Assembly: GCA_041738985.1 (NCBI GenBank)
Contig: JBGSOR010000201.1
Span: forward strand, 1 to 62,005
Direction: 5' to 3'
DNA length: 62,005 nt
Source of the DNA: Chromatiaceae bacterium
GTDB lineage: Bacteria; Pseudomonadota; Gammaproteobacteria; Chromatiales; Chromatiaceae
In this document: piece after piece, positions 20,647-30,673 of the stretch
Layout of the letters: each line of letters opens with the position of its first letter
Numbering within the stretch: the stretch's first letter is position 1
Notes under the pieces: model-generated
Databases searched by the model: none
What the model saw: the letters and a program-made list of their open reading frames with translations, nothing else
Told to the model about the DNA's origin: nothing
Program-made: the position numbers and the translations under genes

Positions 20647-21165
20647 TCACGGCGGATCCATCGTGGACGGGCGAGACCCGACGGCAGTCCCGACACTCGA
20701 ATTCTGCCCGCTGGGGATGGGGGAGCCGCTCCCCGCGCTTGCACCGGCCTTCTCCGCGGGCCTTTCGGCCGCTGACGCCCACAGGCGCCGCTCCACACGG
20801 CCGCCGCAGGCCGCGAAGCAGTCGTCGTACTCCTGCTCGCAGATGCTCAGGTCTGCCCCCAGACAGGTGTAGGGCGCTCTGCACGTGGCGGCGCCGCTCT
20901 TGACGCAGCTTTCGTAGTCCGCCTTAGCGATTGCATAGATTGCCCCGCACTCCTTCTCGCGGGCTTCTTGGCGCTGGCGGCACTGGGTCTTGGGCAGCTC
21001 GCAGCGCTGGAGACAGGCCTTGCCCTCCGGACTCGTGGGCCGGACGAGGTCCCTCTGGTAAAGCCCCTGGCCGCAACCGGCTGCGACGAGCAGGATCGAA
21101 AGGAGCGCGAGCGTCGCGGCGAACGGTAGGGCGACAGCGTCGCGGGCGGCAGTCGTCAGGGGCAT
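20647..21165 (-). CDS. Cysteine-rich lipoprotein of unknown function
   Basis: AAGGAG RBS; hydrophobic signal ending VAAGC lipobox; 10 further Cys. Confidence 0.65.
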   Translation of the reverse strand: MPLTTAARDAVALPFAATLALLSILLVAAGCGQGLYQRDLVRPTSPEGKACLQRCELPKTQCRQRQEAREKECGAIYAIAKADYESCVKSGAATCRAPYTCLGADLSICEQEYDDCFAACGGRVERRLWASAAERPAEKAGASAGSGSPIPSGQNSSVGTAVGSRPSTMDPP

Positions 21166-21559
21166 GGGAGTCTCCTTAAAGCCATCTGGCAAGGTGTGCG
21201 CACGGCAGGCTCGGACGCAACCAAGAGCAGGTCCGGACAGGATCCCGCTCCCTGACGGAGGTCCGCGTCTTCAGGGCCGGAAACCCCCCGGACGCCGTGC
21301 CATTCGCTGGCCGCGGACTTTACCATAGGCGGGGGTCGAACCCGGACCGAACCAACCCCCAGGGCGCGCGGGTCTCGGGACTTGAAAACCTTCCGATAAG
21401 CTGGGATATTATCGACCATTATCCGCGTTCCCGATCACCGTCGGGAACGGCGCCTTGCGGCCCGGACCTAGCTCCCCTGCGGAGCCGGGTGTTGAATCCC
21501 ACCCCGGGGGTCGTATATAAAAACCAAGTGAAATACTGCGAAAACGGAGCCAGGCGCCG

Positions 21560-23002
21560 ATGAGCCCAAGCCCAACCGTCGAAGCCGTCGTCAAGTCCGA
21601 GTACGAGCACGGGTTCGTGACCGAGATCGAGTCCGACACCCTGCCGCCGGGCCTCAACGAAGACGTGGTGCGCACCATCTCCGCGCGCAAGGGCGAGCCG
21701 GATTTCATGTTGGAATACCGACTTAAGGCCCTAGGCCACTGGCGGACCATGAAAACTCCCCGCTGGGCCCACGTCCACTACCCGGAGATCGACTTTCAGG
21801 CGATCTCGTACTACTCGGCCCCCAAGACCAAGGACGGGCCGATGAGCCTGGACGAGATCGACCCGGTGCTTCGGGAGACGTACAACAAGCTTGGCATCCC
21901 CATCGAGGAGCAGATGGCGCTGTCCGGAATCGCGGTGGACGCAGTCTTCGACAGTGTCTCGATCGCGACCACCTTCCGGGAAACGCTGGCCAAGGCCGGG
22001 GTGATCTTTTGCTCTATCTCCGAGGCCCTGCGGGACTATCCAGAGCTGGTCCGTCAGCACCTGGGCTCTGTCGTCCCCCACACCGACAATTTCTACGCGG
22101 CACTCAATGCGGCGGTCTTCAGCGACGGGACCTTCGTCTACGTCCCTAAAGGCACCCGTTGCCCCATGGAGCTCAGCACCTATTTCCGCATCAATGCCCG
22201 CAACACCGGCCAGTTCGAACGAACCCTGATCGTTGCGGAAGCAGGGAGCTACGTGAGCTATCTGGAAGGATGCACGGCCCCCCAGCGCGACGAGAATCAG
22301 CTCCATGCGGCGGTCGTGGAGCTGATCGCCATGGAGGACGCGCAGATCAAGTACTCGACGGTTCAGAATTGGTATCCGGGCGATGCCGAGGGTCGCGGCG
22401 GCATTTATAACTTCGTGACGAAGCGCGGGGACTGCCGCGGCGCCCGCTCCAAGATCTCCTGGACCCAGGTGGAGACCGGCTCCGCCATCACTTGGAAATA
22501 CCCGAGCTGTCTCCTGCGCGGGGACGACTCCGTGGGGGAGTTCTACTCCGTGGCCGTGACCAAGGGCCGCCAGCAGGCGGATACCGGCACAAAGATGATC
22601 CATCTGGGCCGAAACACCCGCTCTACCATCGTTTCCAAGGGGATCTCGGCAGGACGCGGGCAGCAGACCTACCGAGGCCTGGTGCGCATCGCGGCTAGGG
22701 CGGAGGGTGCCCGCAATCACACGCAGTGCGACTCGTTGCTGATCGGGGACCGCTGCGGCGCGCACACGTTTCCTTACATCGAGGTCAAGAACCCGAGCGC
22801 CCGAATGGAGCACGAGGCCACTACCTCCAAGATCGGCGAGGACCAGCTATTTTACTGTCGTTCCCGGGGTCTGACGGAGGAAGACGCGGTCTCGATGATC
22901 GTCAACGGGTTCTGCAAAGAGGTCTTCAACGAGCTGCCGATGGAGTTCGCGGTGGAGGCCCAGAAGCTCTTGAGCATCAGCCTTGAAGGGGCCGTAGGCT
23001 AG
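21560..23002 (+). CDS. sufB: Fe-S cluster assembly protein SufB
   Basis: [50 protein letters not shown]. Confidence 0.97.
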   Translation: MSPSPTVEAVVKSEYEHGFVTEIESDTLPPGLNEDVVRTISARKGEPDFMLEYRLKALGHWRTMKTPRWAHVHYPEIDFQAISYYSAPKTKDGPMSLDEIDPVLRETYNKLGIPIEEQMALSGIAVDAVFDSVSIATTFRETLAKAGVIFCSISEALRDYPELVRQHLGSVVPHTDNFYAALNAAVFSDGTFVYVPKGTRCPMELSTYFRINARNTGQFERTLIVAEAGSYVSYLEGCTAPQRDENQLHAAVVELIAMEDAQIKYSTVQNWYPGDAEGRGGIYNFVTKRGDCRGARSKISWTQVETGSAITWKYPSCLLRGDDSVGEFYSVAVTKGRQQADTGTKMIHLGRNTRSTIVSKGISAGRGQQTYRGLVRIAARAEGARNHTQCDSLLIGDRCGAHTFPYIEVKNPSARMEHEATTSKIGEDQLFYCRSRGLTEEDAVSMIVNGFCKEVFNELPMEFAVEAQKLLSISLEGAVG

Positions 23003-23062
23003 GTAACGTCACCGGACTGGCGCGCGGCGTGCGCCGTCGTATCGAACGCGAGGGGAGTCAAG

Positions 23063-23815
23063 ATGCTATCGGTCAAGGGCCTTAGGGCCAACGTCGGCGA
23101 GAAAGAGATCCTAAAAGGCCTGGACCTGGAGGTCGGACGCGGCGAGATCCATGCCATCATGGGTCCCAACGGCTCGGGCAAGAGCACCTTCGCCCATGTG
23201 CTCTCGGGGCGGGACGGCTACCAGGTCACGGGCGGCAGCGTGGACTTCGAGGGTCGGGACCTGCTCGCGATGGCGCCCGAGGAGCGCGCCCACGCGGGGA
23301 TCTTCCTGGCCTTTCAGTACCCGGTCGAGCTGCCGGGGGTCAACAACACCTATTTCCTTAAGGCGGCACTCAACGCCATCCGCAAGGCCCGCGGCGAGCC
23401 CGAGCTGGACGCAGTGTCGTTTCTGCGCCTGATGAAAGAGCGGCTCAAGGTTCTGCATCTGGACGATTCGCTCCTCAAGCGACCGGTGAACTTCGGCTTC
23501 TCCGGGGGCGAGAAGAAGCGTAACGAGATCTTCCAGATGGCACTCCTGGAGCCCCGGCTGTCCATCCTGGATGAGACCGACTCCGGCCTCGATATCGATG
23601 CCCTGCGGATCGTCGCGGACGGGGTCAACACCCTGCGCAGCCCGGAGCGCTCGATGATCGTGGTCACCCATTACCAGCGACTCCTGGACTACATCGAGCC
23701 GGATTTCGTCCATGTGCTTGCCATGGGGCGGATCGTCCGGTCCGGGGGCAAGGAGCTTGCCCTCGAGTTGGAGGAGAAGGGCTACGGTTGGATTGCCGGG
23801 GAGGAGGCGGCGTGA
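23063..23815 (+). CDS. sufC: Fe-S cluster assembly ATPase SufC
   Basis: GPNGSGKST, AFQYPVE, FSGGEKKRNE, LDETDSGLDIDAL. Confidence 0.97.
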   Translation: MLSVKGLRANVGEKEILKGLDLEVGRGEIHAIMGPNGSGKSTFAHVLSGRDGYQVTGGSVDFEGRDLLAMAPEERAHAGIFLAFQYPVELPGVNNTYFLKAALNAIRKARGEPELDAVSFLRLMKERLKVLHLDDSLLKRPVNFGFSGGEKKRNEIFQMALLEPRLSILDETDSGLDIDALRIVADGVNTLRSPERSMIVVTHYQRLLDYIEPDFVHVLAMGRIVRSGGKELALELEEKGYGWIAGEEAA

Positions 23816-25134
23816 GCGCGGAGCTCGGCAACGGTTTCGACCGCTGGCTCGCCGGTGCGGAGGGGTCGTCCAGACCGCGCCTCGATTGGCTGGAAACCCA
23901 GCGCGCCCAGGCGCGGGAGCGGGTGCGCGACCAGGGTATCCCAAGTAACAAGCAGGAGGCATGGCGTTATACCAGCTTGACCCGTCTCCTGGAGCAGGAG
24001 TTCGTGCCTGCCGCAGCGAGGGTCCCAGAAGTCGGACCCGAGGTCATCCAGCGTCTATCGATCCCCGGGCTCGATGCCAACCGGGTGGTCCTGGTCAACG
24101 GCCGATTCGCGGCCGACTTGTCCGATCTGCGCGATCTGCCCGCCGGTGTTCGTATCGGCGGGCTGCGCCAGATCCTGGAGTCGGATCCGGATGCACTGCG
24201 CGAGCGTCTGAACGGGGTGGCGGGGGACGCCCAGCCCTTGTTCACCGCACTCAATACCGCGGGCGTCGACGATGGGTTGGTTCTGCTCTTGCCCCGGGGT
24301 GTCCATCTCCCCCGGCCGATCGAGGTCGTTCATCTTGCGGTGGCGACGGACTCGCCTAGGGTCGCCCAGCCCCGCCATGTGGTGGCCTTGGAGGAGGGTG
24401 CGCAGGCGACCCTGATCGAGCGCTACCTGAGCGCAGGCGATTCGCTGTACTGCACCAACTCGGTTCTGGAGCTGAGCCTGGGGCGCGACTCGGTGCTCAA
24501 GCACCAGCGCATCCAGACCGAGAGCCCAAGTGCCTTCCACATCGCCGGGGTCTTCCTGAGCCAAGGGAGCGGGAGCCGCTATGAGGGGATCAACCTCGGA
24601 CTGGGCGGCTCCTGGGCGCGCACCGAGCTGCGGGTGCTGTTCGCCGGGGAGCAGGCGGAGTGCGACCTTAAGGGGCTCTATCTGGCGGGGGACCGCCAAC
24701 TGATGGACTTTCACCTGGACGTCGAGCACCGAGTGCCCCGCTGCACGAGCCGGGAGAACTTCAAGGGCATCCTCTACGGGAAGGGCCGGGCGATCTTCGA
24801 CGGTCGGGTCCTGGTGTCCCGGGACGCGCAGAAGACCGATGCGGCCATGTCCAACAAGAACCTGATCCTCTCCGAGGGGGCGGAGGTAGATACAAAGCCC
24901 CAGCTGGAAATCAACGCCGACGACGTGAAATGCAGTCATGGCACCACGGTCGGACAGATCGAGCCTGAGATGCTCTTTTACCTTCGCTCCCGCGGGATAT
25001 CCGCGCCGCTCGCCCGGCGCATGCTATGCCTGGGATTCGCCGGCGAGATCCTGGACGCCCTGACCCCCGAGACCCTACGGGAGCAGGTGGCAGAGCAGGT
25101 GGGTCGGCGGCTGGAGCAGTCGCCCCTCACCTGA
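23812..25134 (+). CDS. sufD: Fe-S cluster assembly protein SufD
   Basis: EAWRYT, AQKTDA, KPQLEINADDVKCSHGTT, FYLRSRGI; GTG start overlaps sufC stop. Confidence 0.95.
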   Translation: MSAELGNGFDRWLAGAEGSSRPRLDWLETQRAQARERVRDQGIPSNKQEAWRYTSLTRLLEQEFVPAAARVPEVGPEVIQRLSIPGLDANRVVLVNGRFAADLSDLRDLPAGVRIGGLRQILESDPDALRERLNGVAGDAQPLFTALNTAGVDDGLVLLLPRGVHLPRPIEVVHLAVATDSPRVAQPRHVVALEEGAQATLIERYLSAGDSLYCTNSVLELSLGRDSVLKHQRIQTESPSAFHIAGVFLSQGSGSRYEGINLGLGGSWARTELRVLFAGEQAECDLKGLYLAGDRQLMDFHLDVEHRVPRCTSRENFKGILYGKGRAIFDGRVLVSRDAQKTDAAMSNKNLILSEGAEVDTKPQLEINADDVKCSHGTTVGQIEPEMLFYLRSRGISAPLARRMLCLGFAGEILDALTPETLREQVAEQVGRRLEQSPLT

Positions 25135-25223
25135 GACTCCGAACCGAGGGTTTGCCCGAAAGACCGCCATCCGCACACCAGTTTCGATGGGGTTTGAAAA
25201 TGCAAGTCGCTGAGAGGTCGCAC

Positions 25224-25625
25224 ATGAACCGTTTGGCTCGCTTCGCCGGTTTCGGCCAGCACGAGGCCTTGCCCGAGGATGCCGGGCACCATCACGATGC
25301 GGTCGTGGAGCGGATGGACCCGGATGAGCTTCGCGAGCCCATCGTGGCCGCTTTGCGCGGCGTACATGACCCGGAAATCCCGGTCAACATCTACGATCTG
25401 GGACTGATCTACCGGATCGATATCGCCGAAAACGGGGACGTGAACATCGACATGACCCTCACCGCCCCCTCCTGCCCGGTGGCCGGGATGATGCCGCTGA
25501 TGGTCAAGAACGCGGTGAGCGAGGTGGAAGGCGTCGGGGCGATCAACGTCGATATGGTCTGGGACCCGCCATGGAGTCAGGCCAATTTGAGCGATGAGGC
25601 CAGGCTCCAACTCGGCCTGATGTAA
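25224..25625 (+). CDS. sufT: DUF59/SufT (PaaD-like) Fe-S maturation protein
   Basis: DPEIPVNIYDLGLIY, MTLTAPSCPVA, VWDPPW. Confidence 0.85.
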   Translation: MNRLARFAGFGQHEALPEDAGHHHDAVVERMDPDELREPIVAALRGVHDPEIPVNIYDLGLIYRIDIAENGDVNIDMTLTAPSCPVAGMMPLMVKNAVSEVEGVGAINVDMVWDPPWSQANLSDEARLQLGLM

Positions 25626-25681
25626 TGAGCTATGACAGTCAGCGGGGGCGCTCCTCGAAGCGCACCTTGGCGCCCCCGGGC

Positions 25682-26527
25682 TTAGTAGGTCTCCGCGGCA
25701 ACCTTTCGCAAGACGGCCAAAGCGGGCTCCAGACCTTCCGATTCGCTCTCCAGCGGGTATACGACATAGCTTGGTAGACGAAACCGTGGGCTGTCGGGCA
25801 CCCGATGCAACTGGCCCCTCTGGAGATAGGACTCGGCCATTCGCTCGGGCAGAAAGCAGGCCCCACCATTCGACAATATCAATTGCAGACCGAGCCACCC
25901 GATATTGGCAAGCAGCGCGGGGCGCTCCAGATCCGGGTAGCTGGCGTGGTGCTGCGAATAGAATGTCGGACCCCAGTCGATATAGACATAGGCATCGTCC
26001 GGCTTCCGATATTCTGGGTCGCTGCTCAGCAGAACCAGGGTTTCGTCGAACAGATGCTCGACATGCAGGCCGGGACCGTGATGTGGCGTATACATCAACG
26101 CCAGGTCCATCGTGCCCTCGACGAGCCGCCGCATAAGATCGTCCTCGAACCCAATCTCGCTGCGAATCGACACGTCCGGCGACCGCTCGCGCATCTGCCC
26201 CGCCCAGCGGGTCAGGAACCCATCCCACAACGCGATGCGCGCCCCCAGGGTGATACTGGTGCGGAACCGGTCCGGCAACCCGACATCGTGTCGTGCTCGC
26301 TTAACCGTCAGGAGCAGGCTCTTCGCATGTCGCAAGAAGCGTCGGCCTGCGGGCGTCAGGACCGCCCCGGCGCGGTTTCGCACGAAGAGCCGCGCACCCA
26401 GGACAGCCTCCAAGTTTTGGATGCGCGCGCTCACCGTCGACTGGGTGACATGTACGCGATTGGCGGCCTCCAGGAAACTGCCATGGGCCACGACGGCAAG
26501 GAAAGTTCGAACCTGTTCGGTGTCCAT
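25682..26527 (-). CDS. LysR family transcriptional regulator
   Basis: MDTEQVRTFLAV..GSF..AA..HVTQSTVSARI..LE..LG..LFVR HTH. Confidence 0.93.
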   Translation of the reverse strand: MDTEQVRTFLAVVAHGSFLEAANRVHVTQSTVSARIQNLEAVLGARLFVRNRAGAVLTPAGRRFLRHAKSLLLTVKRARHDVGLPDRFRTSITLGARIALWDGFLTRWAGQMRERSPDVSIRSEIGFEDDLMRRLVEGTMDLALMYTPHHGPGLHVEHLFDETLVLLSSDPEYRKPDDAYVYIDWGPTFYSQHHASYPDLERPALLANIGWLGLQLILSNGGACFLPERMAESYLQRGQLHRVPDSPRFRLPSYVVYPLESESEGLEPALAVLRKVAAETY

Positions 26528-26906
26528 AAAAACAGCGGGAGAATCGACGTCCAAACAGCATAGCCCAAGGAGGGGCCGCGCGCGCCTCTGGTCGCGCGAC
26601 ATTGGGACCGGGGCTCACACCGCGTAGCCAGCGACCACGCGAAACGACTGCCTTGGGTTTCCATCGATTTCTCTAGGTTGAATACATGATCGAGCTGGTT
26701 TATTACATTTCGCGCGATCAAGGGTACGAGTTGCTCTCGTGGCCGCGCCAGCCCGTGACGAATTCACTGTGTAATCTCCCGCTGCCCAGATCCGAGCCGA
26801 TCAATGTCAACGACCTGCTTTCGTCGAAACCCATGGTATAACTCTACACCTGACGCGTGGCCGAGTCAGCGTCCCCCCTAAACCCCAAGATGGAGGTCCT
26901 TCCGCC

Positions 26907-27314
26907 GTGATATCGAGCTTTCAAGATCTGCTGACCGCCGCCAAAACACAGGATCAGCCGCAACGCTTGCTGCTGCTCTTGGCGAAGGCGGATTCGAGCA
27001 CGACCAAGCGGCCTGGCGTGCAAACGGGCACCATCACGCCCATCGCCTGTGTCGATCGGTTGCCCGAAGAAATCGCGAGCTTCGAGTCTTTCGTTGCCGA
27101 GGCGGACCAGGTGTCGGACAGCTGGGACATGGTATTCGTCGCGAGCCTTGGAGGCGCGCAAGGGACAGCACCCAGCAGCGAAGAAGCGGAGCCGTACCTG
27201 AACAAGATGGCGAACGACTTGGCGACCGGCCAAGATCTTACCCGCTATCTAGTTCTTGATCGCGCGGCGAATGTGATCGCCCTGCAGCCGAGCAAAGGCT
27301 TCATTGCGATTTGA
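26907..27314 (+). CDS. Conserved hypothetical protein (small family often mislabelled ribonucleotide reductase alpha)
   Basis: GGAGG RBS; SFQDLL.AA..Q.QPQRLL.L, TPIACVD, WDMVFVASLGG. Confidence 0.7.
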   Translation: MISSFQDLLTAAKTQDQPQRLLLLLAKADSSTTKRPGVQTGTITPIACVDRLPEEIASFESFVAEADQVSDSWDMVFVASLGGAQGTAPSSEEAEPYLNKMANDLATGQDLTRYLVLDRAANVIALQPSKGFIAI

Positions 27315-27573
27315 AGCCACGCGGACAGCGTGGCATCGAGCGGCAATTCCCGAACGGATGGCGGTTCTATCCTCGCTCGTCAGTACCAGCGGAATCGCGA
27401 GGAATCCGGGATGGGCCAGAGGTCGCCGCAGGTCAACCTCGGGCGGAGGGGTCAATCGAACGGATGGACCCCGATGGCGATAGTCTCGTTCCAAGCAAAC
27501 CCTTCTCGCTGTCCAGCGAGGAGACCTGGGCGCTCATTTTGCGGTCGCCGCATCCCCGTTCGCCGGGTTTTGG

Positions 27574-28197
27574 TCAAGCGGCCAGACCATGGCTGGCCAC
27601 GACCATGAACAACAGCATGGGCAGAGACAATACGGCGTTGATCCGAGCGAATCGGGCGACGGTCTGCTTTGACCTCGCGAGATCGGCGTCGCCTCTGGTC
27701 TGTGTCAAGCCCAGGATTCTTTTCTGGTGCGGCCAGATCACCAGCCAGACATTGATCAGGAGGATGGTACCCAACCACGCGCCGATCCCCATTGAGAGAC
27801 CATAGCGAGGATCCCCTCCGCCGAGCAAGCCTAGGCTAAAGGCGTTGAGCAGCTGGCCAGTCCTGACGAGATACCAAGCCCCAGCGCCCCAGGTCACGAC
27901 AGACGCCCATCGGAACCAAGTCAATGCCCGCGGGACGACGAATTTCGCGATCGCGGCTGGGCCGGGGCCAGATTTATCCGCAACGGCGGCGGCTACTGCG
28001 GGCATCTGCACAAAGTTAAAATAGTACAAGAGCCCAACCCAGATAATTCCCGCGACGATATGGACCCAGCGCAGGACTGTGAGTGCGCCAAGATCGAATG
28101 CCCCAGAACCGCTGACGAGACTGACGGGGACAACCAAAATCAACGACAGGATGACGCCAGCGATCCAGACGCCTGTGATTGAAGTGAGCGGATTCAT
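27574..28197 (-). CDS. PuuD/Urate_ox_N-like membrane protein (no cytochrome c domain)
   Basis: RWVHIVAGIIWVGLLYYFNFVQ, WFRW, NVWLVIWPHQK, ARINAVLSLPMLLFM. Confidence 0.78.
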   Translation of the reverse strand: MNPLTSITGVWIAGVILSLILVVPVSLVSGSGAFDLGALTVLRWVHIVAGIIWVGLLYYFNFVQMPAVAAAVADKSGPGPAAIAKFVVPRALTWFRWASVVTWGAGAWYLVRTGQLLNAFSLGLLGGGDPRYGLSMGIGAWLGTILLINVWLVIWPHQKRILGLTQTRGDADLARSKQTVARFARINAVLSLPMLLFMVVASHGLAA

Positions 28198-28283
28198 GAC
28201 TCTCCTCCGAGCAGAATTCTGAAACAGGCATTAAGCCGCTGCCTGTCGCGGACGAACCCAAGCGCAGGGCCGGCGAGTTGCCG

Positions 28284-30623
28284 CTATCGCCGAACCCGCG
28301 GATGCTCGGGCGTGATCGCGCAGGGATAACCGCGCAGGGCGTTTGAGCCGCTGGCCGGGTCGAAACGCTCATCATCGATCAGCGCGTTATAGTTCGACTG
28401 CGCAATGCTGTACCCGGGCAAGCCGAGGGCCGGGCAGGGCTCCCACCATCCGTACTGTGCGCAGACCGCGTCGACCGCGATCGTATCGGTGACCCTGGCA
28501 CGCGCGCGCATCCTGCCGATCATCGTCGTGATCACCACCCAATCGTCCTCTTCGATGCCCTTCAGTTTCGCGAGTGCCGAATGCAGCTCAACCAACGGCT
28601 CGGGCATTTTGCCCCGCAACAACGGCAGTGCGTGGTGTTGACTGTGGCAGAAATAGGGCCACTTCGCGGACGTCAGACGCAACGGATATCCGTCAATTGC
28701 GTCGCCTGCCCCAGGCACGTATTCCGGCACTGGCGAGAATCCTGCGTCAAGCAAGACTTCCGAATAGATCTCAATGCACCGGGTCGGCGTCGTAAATCCG
28801 TCTTGCCGATATGACCGGTAGCGCGTATCGAGTGCGAGCGGTAGACCCTCGGGGTGACTTTCCAGATCCTCCAGTTGTACACCCGTCGGCGCGAGGACGT
28901 GGCGTAAACCGGCCTCTAGGTCGCCGCCGAAGAAGTGCCTGGCAAGCCCCAGCCGCTGCGCTAACTCGAAGACGATGGCGGTATCGGAGCGGCTTTCGCC
29001 CAAGGGTGCCAAGACGGGCTTGCGTAGTTGCAGCCAGGCCGAGCCCCGCTCGCCAAGCTGAAAGCCGGGGGCCAAACCTCCCCGCTCCCAAGGCGACGCA
29101 ACCGGTAAGACCAGGTCGGCGTAGTGCGCGGTGGGATTCAGAAACATGTCGGCGTGGATGTAACAATCCATTGCGCAGAGGGCAGGCACGAGTTGGGGAG
29201 TATGGGGTTTGGTGAGGAGCGGATTGGCCCCGAAGCTCACGAGACCCCGCACCGAATAGGGCACCGCGTCCACCACAGCGCGGGCCAGGTCGCGACTGGT
29301 GACCCAGCCCTTGCCCGGCGGTCCGAGGGGTCGCTGGTCCCGACCCAGGGTCTTCTCGACCTGACCGGGCGGCAACAGGTCGAATCCGAGCACGTCGTTC
29401 AGACGGGGGGACGCAAAACGCACGTTACCCCCGGGACCGTCGAACGATCCGGTCAGAGCATAGAGCAAGCCGATGGCGCGGCCGGTTTGGGTTGCTTCAG
29501 ACTGCTGGCAGATGCCGGCCCAATGGAAGTAGCTCACTGGGCCTGACTCGTACAGGAGTTGCGCGGTCGCCCTGATTTGCGCCGCCGGTACGCCGGTCAG
29601 GGAGGCGACGCGCTCCGGCCCGTATTGGGCGCAACGCTCGGCAAAGATCTGAAACGCTGGGCGGCAGCGGACTTGCTGACCCCGCTCCTCCAGCACAAAA
29701 TCGCCGAATAGTGCCGGGTGAACCGGTGCTTTGCCCAGGTGCTCGCCGCTGGCTGGATCGAAGCCCACGGCGCCGCACCGTAGCTCATCCCACGATATCA
29801 AGGTGCGGCGCGTGCCACCACCGACGGACGCCTCGACGGTCATGAATCGACCGTCGTCCGTTCGGACCAGAAGTGGTCCATTTGTCCATTGGGCAACGAA
29901 TTTGGCGTCGTACCAGCCGTTCGCGATCATGGTCCCGGCGATCGACAGCGCCAAGGCGCCATCTGTCCCCGGCCGCACGGGCAGCCATTGGTCCGCCGCG
30001 GCCGCAAGTCCGGCACGGCGCGGGTCTACGACGATGAGCCGCGCTCCCCGGCGACGGGCTTCCGTCGCCGCCTGGGCATAGGCCGGCCAAGACGTGGAGG
30101 GGTTGAAGCCCCAGAAGAGCATACAACCGGTGTGCTCGAAATCCGGGGTGCCGATCGGCGACCCGAAGGTCAGGGCAGTCGCCCAATCCTTGTGCCAGTT
30201 GCAGTTTTCCGTCGCGAACAGGACATTGGGACTGCCGAAGGCGTGGGCCAAGCGGTGGATCCAACCGAACGCGTCGGCGACGGCCGTGCCGCTCGGCGTG
30301 GTGACTCCGAAGACCACGGACTCTGGGCCGTAGACCGCTGCGCTACGACCCATACGCTCTGTCGCAAAGTCCAGCGCAGCGTCCCAGGATATCCGCTGCC
30401 ATCCGGGATCGGGGTCCCCCTTGGGTCGAGTCCGCATCAGCGGGTAGAGCAGGCGACGGTCGCTGTGTACCAGTTCAGGGGCAGCCCGGCCTTTGATACA
30501 GAAGCTGCGGCCCGTCGGGTGGTCCGGGTCCGGTCGGACCTTCGTCAGCCGCCCCCCTTCGACGGTGGAAATCGACCCGCAGCGCGAGATGCAGAGCGGG
30601 CAATAGCCATGTAGATCTGTCAT
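28284..30623 (-). CDS. Molybdopterin oxidoreductase, DMSO reductase superfamily (acetylene-hydratase-like clade)
   Basis: CPLCISRCG..CIKG 4Fe-4S motif; RLLYPLMRT; FGSPNV..NCNWHKD; VRPGTDGALAL; C-terminal Mo-binding domain; no Tat signal. Confidence 0.88.
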   Translation of the reverse strand: MTDLHGYCPLCISRCGSISTVEGGRLTKVRPDPDHPTGRSFCIKGRAAPELVHSDRRLLYPLMRTRPKGDPDPGWQRISWDAALDFATERMGRSAAVYGPESVVFGVTTPSGTAVADAFGWIHRLAHAFGSPNVLFATENCNWHKDWATALTFGSPIGTPDFEHTGCMLFWGFNPSTSWPAYAQAATEARRRGARLIVVDPRRAGLAAAADQWLPVRPGTDGALALSIAGTMIANGWYDAKFVAQWTNGPLLVRTDDGRFMTVEASVGGGTRRTLISWDELRCGAVGFDPASGEHLGKAPVHPALFGDFVLEERGQQVRCRPAFQIFAERCAQYGPERVASLTGVPAAQIRATAQLLYESGPVSYFHWAGICQQSEATQTGRAIGLLYALTGSFDGPGGNVRFASPRLNDVLGFDLLPPGQVEKTLGRDQRPLGPPGKGWVTSRDLARAVVDAVPYSVRGLVSFGANPLLTKPHTPQLVPALCAMDCYIHADMFLNPTAHYADLVLPVASPWERGGLAPGFQLGERGSAWLQLRKPVLAPLGESRSDTAIVFELAQRLGLARHFFGGDLEAGLRHVLAPTGVQLEDLESHPEGLPLALDTRYRSYRQDGFTTPTRCIEIYSEVLLDAGFSPVPEYVPGAGDAIDGYPLRLTSAKWPYFCHSQHHALPLLRGKMPEPLVELHSALAKLKGIEEDDWVVITTMIGRMRARARVTDTIAVDAVCAQYGWWEPCPALGLPGYSIAQSNYNALIDDERFDPASGSNALRGYPCAITPEHPRVRR

Positions 30624-30673
30624 GGTTCGGCACCTCGTCGGTGAGCCGCGTCGGCCAAACCCGGGACGTGGCT

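Noticed and set aside
21510-21545. IscR-type operator upstream of sufB
   Set aside because: AT-rich, but the match to the palindromic consensus is too weak
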